Shown here in pieces: positions 57,338-64,000 of a stretch of 64,000 nt of DNA. How positions within the stretch are numbered: the first letter of the stretch is position 1; every line of letters starts with the position of its first letter. The notes under the pieces are model-generated. The model searched no databases, had not been told where the DNA came from, and saw only the letters and a list, made by a program, of their open reading frames with translations. The stretch is from a virus. The stretch is taken from IMG/VR virus record IMGVR_UViG_3300025534_000213, positions 1,576 to 65,575 of that record; one strand, 5' to 3'. A program made the translations under genes and the position numbers.

Positions 57338-58216
57338 TCAAATCCAGCCCTTGCCGGTTTTCATCAGGGCTCCGGTACGGAACTGATCGAGGTTGAAATC
57401 CTCACGGACGGCGCGCGGCGTCTGCTGCACCGTGGCGGTGATCGAAAGATCGAACAGCGCGGGCAGTCGTGCCCGGCCGCCCGCGACCTCCACGAGGACC
57501 GTGTCCATCTGCTCGGGGAACTGGTAGCTGTGGCTTTTGAGCACGACCCGTAGGTTGTTGAACATGTAGTCGCCATAGCCGTTCAGCAGCAGAACGGGCG
57601 GCGGCAGACCGGCATCCGGGTCCTGCCTGCCGAAACGCATCTTCGACACCGTGCGCAGGAAATGCAGGCAGGCGAGCGCGTAGATGCCTTCGCGCTGGTT
57701 CTGCACGGTGAACTTGCCGGTGATGTTCAGGGTCACCGAGGGCGTACGCTGGTAGGCCGAGATGTCGTAGTTGGTATGCGTCAGGGCGAGTTCCTGATAC
57801 GAGACATCCTGCGAGAACGCGATCTGCGGGGTGTAGGGAAATACCATCCCGTTGGTCTCGTGCAGGATCGACAGCAGGTTGTCGCCGCCGCGCGGTCCGT
57901 AGACCGTCTCCTCCTGCCCCACCATCGCCGACAGGCGCACGCGCATCTCGTTGGGCGCCGGGGCCTCGCCGCTGCCCGTCTGACCGCCGATCAAGCCTCT
58001 CAGGTCGCCGCCGAGCAAGCCGCTGAGTTGGCCGGGGGTGCGCGCGGAGACGGACCGCATCAGGTCCGACGCGGCATTCACGGACTGGCCGATATTGCTG
58101 ATCGACGACACTCGGCTGGCGAGCCCACCGGGGCCGAAAATGTTGCTCAACGGGTCACTGGACAAAGCGGGCACATCCTCCGCGACGGGAAGTTGTCCGG
58201 CCGCCGGAACATCCAC
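57338..58216 (-). CDS. baseplate/tail-tube initiator-like protein (gp48/gp54-like)
   Basis: G.VFPYTPQI, THTNY, A.LHFLRTVSKM.FG, G.PPPVL.L.GYG.YMF. Confidence 0.7.
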   Translation of the reverse strand: MDVPAAGQLPVAEDVPALSSDPLSNIFGPGGLASRVSSISNIGQSVNAASDLMRSVSARTPGQLSGLLGGDLRGLIGGQTGSGEAPAPNEMRVRLSAMVGQEETVYGPRGGDNLLSILHETNGMVFPYTPQIAFSQDVSYQELALTHTNYDISAYQRTPSVTLNITGKFTVQNQREGIYALACLHFLRTVSKMRFGRQDPDAGLPPPVLLLNGYGDYMFNNLRVVLKSHSYQFPEQMDTVLVEVAGGRARLPALFDLSITATVQQTPRAVREDFNLDQFRTGALMKTGKGWI

Positions 58217-58243
58217 CCATCACGACAAAAATCGGTTTGCACC

Positions 58244-58250
58244 TATTTAT
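58244..58250 (-). promoter_or_regulatory. T4-like late promoter core heading the baseplate operon
   Basis: ATAAATA 27 nt upstream of GTG 58216. Confidence 0.6.
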
Positions 58251-58388
58251 GGCGGGATTATCGCGGGTGTTTTTGCTCCAAAGCGGCGCCAACCCGCCGT
58301 CGCGGGGCGCAGCGTGACGATTGAAATTGCGAATTACCACCAGAAGTTGGTATACTGAACGACATTAAGGAAGGCCATTTTATCGAGT

Positions 58389-59249
58389 ATGGAACGCACG
58401 AAGTACATTAAGAACAAGGATTTGCTGGCGGAGATTCACCGAAGCAAGCTGACCTACTGCCACTACATCGACCCCGACTGCACGCAATTCGACGAAATTG
58501 TCGATTCCATCGGCCTTCTCACGCCGGAGTTCATCGAGGCGGCCCGACGGAGGCGAGCGGCCCGGCTCTCGTCAAAGACCACCCCGGTCGATCCGGAAAG
58601 CATCGATCCCGAGACGCTGGTGTTCCGGGTGATGACGACGGAGCACATCCCGAGCGATCCGGCCCGCAAGCGGCGGACGCGGGAAGCGGACGAGGAAATG
58701 CAGGCCAAGGTCCCGTTTCCGGCCTTCAAGCACTACAAGGTCATCGGCGGCAAGCCGGTGGAGGTGCTCCGGTCGCACTGGAAGGGCGATTTCGAGACCG
58801 GTCATTTCTGCATCGATCATGGCAAGATGACCAACCGGCTCGCCATCATGTTCATGATGCTGGTGGACCGGTACTCGCGGCGCGGCAACTGGCGGGGCTA
58901 CACCTATGTCGATGAGATGCGCAGCCACGCGCTGCTACAACTGAGCCAGATCGGCTTGCAGTTCGACGAAAGCAAAAGCGACAACCCTTTTGCGTTCTAC
59001 ACGCAGGTGATCAAGAACTGCTTCACCCGCGTGTTGCACCTTGAGCGGCGCAACCAGAACATCCGCGATGACCTGCTGATCATGGCCGGGGTGAACCCGA
59101 GCTTCACTCGGCAGATCGAGCACGAGATGGCGGAACGTGCCGAGGAGCAGCAGCCGCAGACCGCAGCACAGGCCGCCGATGTCACTTCCACCGACGCGAA
59201 GCAGGCGCCGAAGAAGCGTGGCCGCAAGCCTAAGGCAGAGGTCACGTGA
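58389..59249 (+). CDS. late transcription sigma factor (T4 gp55-like)
   Basis: YIKNKDLLAEI, NWRGYTY.DEM, FDESKSDNPFAFYTQ.I.N.F.R.L..E..NQ; upstream of gp47/gp46 as in T4-like phages. Confidence 0.85.
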   Translation: MERTKYIKNKDLLAEIHRSKLTYCHYIDPDCTQFDEIVDSIGLLTPEFIEAARRRRAARLSSKTTPVDPESIDPETLVFRVMTTEHIPSDPARKRRTREADEEMQAKVPFPAFKHYKVIGGKPVEVLRSHWKGDFETGHFCIDHGKMTNRLAIMFMMLVDRYSRRGNWRGYTYVDEMRSHALLQLSQIGLQFDESKSDNPFAFYTQVIKNCFTRVLHLERRNQNIRDDLLIMAGVNPSFTRQIEHEMAERAEEQQPQTAAQAADVTSTDAKQAPKKRGRKPKAEVT

Positions 59250-59779
59250 TCCCCAAATCGAGCGAAATCGGCCTGATCTTCGACGCGGAAACGGACGGCT
59301 TGAAGCCGACCGTCATCCACTGTCTCGGGATCAAGGTGGTGGCGACCGGCGAGCGGTTCCTGTTCGCCGACCAGCCCGGTTACCTGCCCCTGCGCGATGG
59401 CTTGGCGCTCTTGGAATCCGCCGATTGGGTGATCGCCCACAACGGTCTGGACTACGACGTGCCCGTGATCGAGCGCCTTTACCCGGACATCCGGATCGAC
59501 CGTGCGAAGGTGCTCGACACCCTCCCGCTGGCGAAATCCTACTTCAAGGACCTGCGGGCGATGGATGCCCTCGCCGAGGGGATGCCGGAGGACCTGCGTG
59601 GCTAGCACTCACTCAAGGCGTGGGGCTATCGGCTCGGCATCTTGAAGGGCACCTTCGGGGAGACCGCCGACTGGAAGCGGTTCACCCCGGAGATGGGCGA
59701 GTACTGCCTGCAAGACGTGGAGGTCACGGCCGTCCTCTACGAGCTTCTGGTCCAGATGGCGCTACAGGATGCCGCGTGA
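59246..59779 (+). pseudogene. stand-alone DnaQ-like (PolA/T7-type) 3'-5' exonuclease interrupted by in-frame TAG at 59603-59605
   Basis: ExoI FDAETDG, ExoII HNGLDYD, LDTL; after the TAG the same frame continues HSLKAWGYRLG...ExoIII YCLQDV to TGA 59779. Confidence 0.8.
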
Positions 59780-59917
59780 GCCGGGCGCGCCGGAACCACG
59801 AAAAACAGTTTACACACCGAGTTACTTGGTGCAAGATACCGGTGATGGTGGCGGGCTGCCTCCCTGAGGGCGTCTGAAACCATCGCTATTTCAATCCACA
59901 AACCATTTCAGGATCAC

Positions 59918-60517
59918 ATGAAATCAAGCATTTGGCGTTCAATCGCCGTTGGCGTGGCCCTGCTCGTGGCTTCCATCGGGACGGCTGCCGCTCAGTCCGC
60001 AATCCTGCACACTTCGGGCGCGTGGCAAGCCTATGTGGCCCGGTCGGTTGACGGAACACCGCTTTGTGGCATCGGGGCGGACAGCAGGCACGTGACCGTG
60101 CAGATGTTCAAGAAGTCTTGGAACATTCTCGACGGCACGAAGATGCGGGTTCTCGTGGGGATGGATGGCAAACCCCGTTGGACTGCGAATGCCATCGGCG
60201 TCCGCAACGTCGTGGAATTGGCGATCACCGCCGATTTTTTCGCCGAGTTCATGAATGCCTTCCGGTCCGGGAACGTGATGGAACTGTATTTCCCCGATGG
60301 GACCGAAGCCCCGTGGTTGGTGAGCCTGCGTGGCTCCAATGAAATCACCCGGACCTTCCTCGGCTGCGTGAACCGGCTCATCGAAGCGACAACGCCGACG
60401 CAGCCACACGTTCCTTCCGCTCCATCCGCTCCATCCCAGCCCGGTGGTCAAACCCCGGCTCCCGCGCGCCCGGCCGAACCGGCCCAGCCCTTCGGTTCCG
60501 GCGGACGCGACATCTGA
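59918..60517 (+). CDS. secreted protein with Pro-rich tail
   Basis: Signal peptide (MKSSIWRSIAVGVALLVASIGTAAAQ); SGAWQAY, AFRSG..M...F..G.E..W..SL.GS. Confidence 0.7.
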   Translation: MKSSIWRSIAVGVALLVASIGTAAAQSAILHTSGAWQAYVARSVDGTPLCGIGADSRHVTVQMFKKSWNILDGTKMRVLVGMDGKPRWTANAIGVRNVVELAITADFFAEFMNAFRSGNVMELYFPDGTEAPWLVSLRGSNEITRTFLGCVNRLIEATTPTQPHVPSAPSAPSQPGGQTPAPARPAEPAQPFGSGGRDI

Positions 60518-60704
60518 CGAGGCGTTGCCCTCCCTTCCGAGGGCAACGGCTCTCGCCGACCTTCCGGCACCATACAGGCCGCGAACATATCCCGTCATTC
60601 GGGATTGCAGCCGACCACTCAACACTGTACACTGAACTGCATTTCGACAATGGCCGTCGGCTTTGCCGACGGCGACATTTCATTTGAGCAAGGCATTTTG
60701 CAGT

Positions 60705-61742
60705 ATGGACCCTCTGTTCAAGAAAGCGATGGTGCTCACCGACCTGCATTTTGGGCGATCCGGAAACAGCATCGTTGCCTTGCAGGACAATATGGACTGC
60801 CTCGCTTGGGCGATGGACAAGGCCCTGACATGGGGTGCAGAGACCTGCATCTTTATGGGCGACTGGTTTGACAACAGGCACTCGCTGAATCCGGTCGTGG
60901 TCAGCGCATCTCTCGATGCGATGGACGCGCTGAACGCGGCCTTCCCGAGATCATACTGGTTCCCCGGCAACCACGACCTCCCCTTCCGGGAGAAGCGCGA
61001 TGCAGCCTCCATCGAATTCGCGCGCAACCTGCCGAATATCAAAATCATCCGCGACCCGCTGACCGTCGATGGCGTGACCTTCCTGCCATGGCTGGTGGGT
61101 GACGAGCACAAGACGATCAAAAACCTCAAGAGCCGCTACGTTTTCGGCCACCTTGAAATGGCCGGATTCCTGCTGAACTCGCGCGTCGAGATGCCGGACG
61201 GCGAGCACGTCATCAAGCCCGACCAGTTCGTCGGGCAGGAATATGTGTTCACGGGGCACTTCCATCTCCGGCAGTCGAAGCGCGTGGGGAATACGACCGT
61301 CTCCTATATCGGGAACCCGATGCCCCACAATTTCACGGATGCATGGGACTCCGACCGGGGCATCATGCTGCTGGAATGGGGCAAGGACCCGATCTTCGTG
61401 AATTGGGACGAGGCGCCCCTCTACCGGACCGTGAAGCTGTCGGAGTTGGTGGCCGACCCCGACAAGTACCTCAAGCCGAAGATGACCGTCCGGGCGACCA
61501 TGGACATCGTGCTCGGATACGAGGAAATGCAGGAACTCCGCGATACCCTGCTGTCGGCCTACGGCCTCCGCAAGCTCGAACTGGTGCATCCCGCGAAGGT
61601 CGAGACCGAGCAGGAATTCGAGCAGCAGGTCGTGTACCAGAGCGTCGATCAGATCGTGGAGGAGGGCCTGAAAGCCCTTGACAGCGCCGGTCTGTCCAAG
61701 GAACGCCTGATCGAAATCTACCGCAGCCTCGCGGCGGACTGA
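60705..61742 (+). CDS. recombination endonuclease subunit (T4 gp47 / Mre11-SbcD-like)
   Basis: Metallophosphoesterase motifs TDLHFG, GDWFDNR, GNHD, FGHLE, TGHFH, YIGNP. Confidence 0.92.
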   Translation: MDPLFKKAMVLTDLHFGRSGNSIVALQDNMDCLAWAMDKALTWGAETCIFMGDWFDNRHSLNPVVVSASLDAMDALNAAFPRSYWFPGNHDLPFREKRDAASIEFARNLPNIKIIRDPLTVDGVTFLPWLVGDEHKTIKNLKSRYVFGHLEMAGFLLNSRVEMPDGEHVIKPDQFVGQEYVFTGHFHLRQSKRVGNTTVSYIGNPMPHNFTDAWDSDRGIMLLEWGKDPIFVNWDEAPLYRTVKLSELVADPDKYLKPKMTVRATMDIVLGYEEMQELRDTLLSAYGLRKLELVHPAKVETEQEFEQQVVYQSVDQIVEEGLKALDSAGLSKERLIEIYRSLAAD

Positions 61743-61745
61743 GCG

Positions 61746-62224
61746 ATGTCGATCCCGGTTCTCGGGCGACTGATCGAGCGGTGGCAGGCGTTCCGGCGTC
61801 CCCCGCAGCATCACGCCCCACGCCGTCGCAAGGAATGGCGCGTCAACGGACGTTTGCACCGGACGGAGGGTCCTGCCCGCATTTTCGAGGACGGTTTCAA
61901 GGAGAGGACGGCTTCAAGGAATGGTCCTTTCGCGGTTTCCTGCACCGCGTGGACGGTCCTGCCACGATCAGTCCGGACGGCCGCGAGGAGTGGTGTTACT
62001 TTGGGGCGCGGCATCGCGCCAACGGCCCGGCGATCCGCAACGCAGACGGTTCATACGAGAGGTGGTTCAATTACCGGGAAATCACCGCTTACGTTGACGC
62101 ATGGATAGCGGAAGGCCGGTTGGCGCCGTGGGGGCAGTGGACCGAGGGCGATGAGATCATGTTCCAAATGCTCGTTTCCGGTCTCGGCCTGAGCGAGCCT
62201 TCCGGGTTTCCTGACGAATTCTAG
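61746..62224 (+). pseudogene. LHRxDGPA-repeat protein frameshifted by a 17-bp tandem duplication
   Basis: LHRTEGPA in one frame; LHRVDGPA and RHRANGPA in another; GAGGACGG(T/C)TTCAAGGA duplicated at 61887-61903 and 61904-61920. Confidence 0.75.
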
Positions 62225-62257
62225 AATGACTTTGGAGAACGTTTTTTGTCTGCCGCT

Positions 62258-63067
62258 ATGCAGCCGGGCGATGACCTGATCCGCTTCGAGGTAAAACCCA
62301 AGGAAGCGCCCGGCACCAAGTACGAGAAGATCATCCGTGCCGCCTTCTTCCGGCATTGGTCGAGGGGATGTACCGAGTTCACCTTCTCCCGCGACGAAAT
62401 CGACGGGTCCTCGCTCGGCCTGACGCCGAAGAACCTCGGCGATATCATCTACACCTACCGTTACCGCCGCCCGCTCCCGCAGGATATCCTCGACTGTGCG
62501 CCGGAGGGCACCACATGGATCATCGAGGGGGCAGGGGACGGGCTCTACAGGTTTCGCGCCGTCGCCGAATCATGGTTCGAGCCGGACCCGAACGCGCCGC
62601 TGATCGTGCTCCGCGACCGCACCCCCGAGGAGGTGCTTGAGCACGGCAGCGTCAAGGATGAGCAGGCCATCCTCGCCTCCATCGCCTACAACCGGCTGCT
62701 GGACCTGTTCCTCTGGTGCCGCCTTGAGCGCAAGCAGAGCCATTGGCGCACCAAGGTGTCCGGTATAGGACAGGTCGAGATCGACGACGTGTATATCGGC
62801 ACCGATGGGCGCGATGGCACGGAGGTCGTCGTGACCGTGCAGGCCAAGCGCGACAAGGACCGCATCAACTCGGTGCAGATCATGCAGGACATCCGCGCCT
62901 GCAACGAACGCGGCGACGGTCGCGTCTGCCGTCCGGTCGCGGTCCACTATGACAGCACCACGCGCCGCCTTGCGCTGATGGAGTTCGCCGAGGGCGACAC
63001 GCCCGGTTCGGTGAAGCTCGTCAACGAGAAGCACTATCTATTGCAACGCAGGATCAGTCTCCTGTAG
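62258..63067 (+). CDS. type II restriction endonuclease-like PD-(D/E)xK nuclease
   Basis: PKNLGDIIY.YRYR, DEQAILA...YNRLLD.F, GQVEIDDVYIG...VQAK (D...QxK catalytic pattern). Confidence 0.65.
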   Translation: MQPGDDLIRFEVKPKEAPGTKYEKIIRAAFFRHWSRGCTEFTFSRDEIDGSSLGLTPKNLGDIIYTYRYRRPLPQDILDCAPEGTTWIIEGAGDGLYRFRAVAESWFEPDPNAPLIVLRDRTPEEVLEHGSVKDEQAILASIAYNRLLDLFLWCRLERKQSHWRTKVSGIGQVEIDDVYIGTDGRDGTEVVVTVQAKRDKDRINSVQIMQDIRACNERGDGRVCRPVAVHYDSTTRRLALMEFAEGDTPGSVKLVNEKHYLLQRRISLL

Positions 63068-63097
63068 GGTGTCCCGGTTTCCGAGAGCCATTTCAGC

Positions 63098-64000
63098 ATG
63101 ATTCAGTTTCAGTCGATCTCGTTGAGGAATTTCCTGTCTGTCGGGAATGTCACGCAGACCGTCCGGCTCGACGGTACCGGCCTCACGCTGGTTCTCGGGG
63201 CGAACCACGACGTGGGCGGCGCGAACAGCCGCAATGGCGTCGGCAAGACCACGATCTTGCAGGCCATCTGCTATGCGCTGTTCGGCGAGCCGCTGACGCG
63301 GATCAAGCTCGACAACCTTGTGAACAACATCAACCAGAAGAACATGATCGTGGAGCTTCGCTTCCGGAAGGACGGGACGGACTACCGGATCGTCCGAGGG
63401 CGCAAGCCGAACGTGCTGCGTTTCTTCGTCAACGACAAGGAGACGGGCGAGACCGACGAGGCCAAGGGCGAGAACCGGCAGACGCAGGCCGACATCGACA
63501 AGGTGATCCGCGTCACCCTGCCCATGTTCCAGCAGATCGTCGGTCTCAACACCTACGCGATTCCGTTCCTGCGCCTCAAGGCGGCGGAGCAGCGCGAGGT
63601 GATGGAGGAATTGCTGGGCGCCACCACCCTGTCGCAACGGGCCGAAGCTCTCAAGAAGCTGATTCAGGCGACCAAGGAAGCGATCAAGACGGAGGAAGCC
63701 ACCATCAAGGCGACCATCGAGGCGAATACCCGGATCGAGACGGCGATCCGGCGCGCCGAGGCGGAAAGCCTTGCTTGGGCCACCGCGCGCGACGCCAATC
63801 TGATGCGGCTCGCCGCCCAGATCGAGCAGATCGGGGAGGTGGATTTCGAGGCCGAGATCGCCGCCTTCGACGCGCTGGACGCTTGGATCGAGCAGGAGCG
63901 GGCGCTGCGGGCTGCCGCCGAGGCGGAAGGCAGGGAGGCCGATCTCCTGCGCCGCGAGAAGGGCCGGGTCGAGGCCGAGGCCCTGCGCTACGAGCGCGAG
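63098..64000 (+). CDS. recombination ATPase subunit (T4 gp46 / Rad50-SbcC-like), 3'-partial
   Basis: Absent from the ORF track (no stop in window); MIQFQSISLRNFLSVGN...Walker A NGVGKTT, YALFG, then coiled coil. Confidence 0.9.
   Translation, partial: MIQFQSISLRNFLSVGNVTQTVRLDGTGLTLVLGANHDVGGANSRNGVGKTTILQAICYALFGEPLTRIKLDNLVNNINQKNMIVELRFRKDGTDYRIVRGRKPNVLRFFVNDKETGETDEAKGENRQTQADIDKVIRVTLPMFQQIVGLNTYAIPFLRLKAAEQREVMEELLGATTLSQRAEALKKLIQATKEAIKTEEATIKATIEANTRIETAIRRAEAESLAWATARDANLMRLAAQIEQIGEVDFEAEIAAFDALDAWIEQERALRAAAEAEGREADLLRREKGRVEAEALRYERE

Noticed and set aside
59603-59605. Genome-wide TAG reassignment (alternative genetic code)
   Set aside because: Long genes are uninterrupted in code 11, and TAG ends genes at expected positions (cas6e at 10410, dCMP deaminase)
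1-64000. tRNA, rRNA, integrase or IS elements
   Set aside because: No convincing cloverleaf, rRNA, recombinase or transposase signature seen by eye; a tRNAscan/Infernal run is needed to exclude them

Overview
This window looks like part of a GC-rich, T4-like (myovirus) jumbo phage genome, probably infecting an alphaproteobacterium (host is an inference). Core phage genes include rIIA/rIIB, RNA ligase 1, dCMP deaminase, a minus-strand baseplate module (gp48/54-, gp53-, hub-, gp5-, gp25-, gp6-like genes and a 3610-aa wedge protein), a gp55-like late sigma factor and gp47/gp46. The main accessory feature is a phage-borne type I-E CRISPR-Cas interference module: cas3-cas8e-cas11-cas7-cas5-cas6e plus a 10-repeat, 9-spacer array, with no cas1/cas2. 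Its leader keeps adaptation-type motifs, and its newest spacer contains this phage's own late-promoter core in a hairpin. Other notable items: a ParA operon flanked by duplicated repeats; a late-promoter-driven holin-like + triple-PAS gene pair; a recurring TTTCAG(AA) motif before start codons; late promoters inside hairpins that hide the start codon; apparent purging of CCGCGG and other palindromes alongside a solitary restriction-type nuclease; a large family of small paralogs; a TAG-interrupted exonuclease; and a gene frameshifted by a 17-bp duplication. All assignments come from manual motif recognition; no database searches were run.
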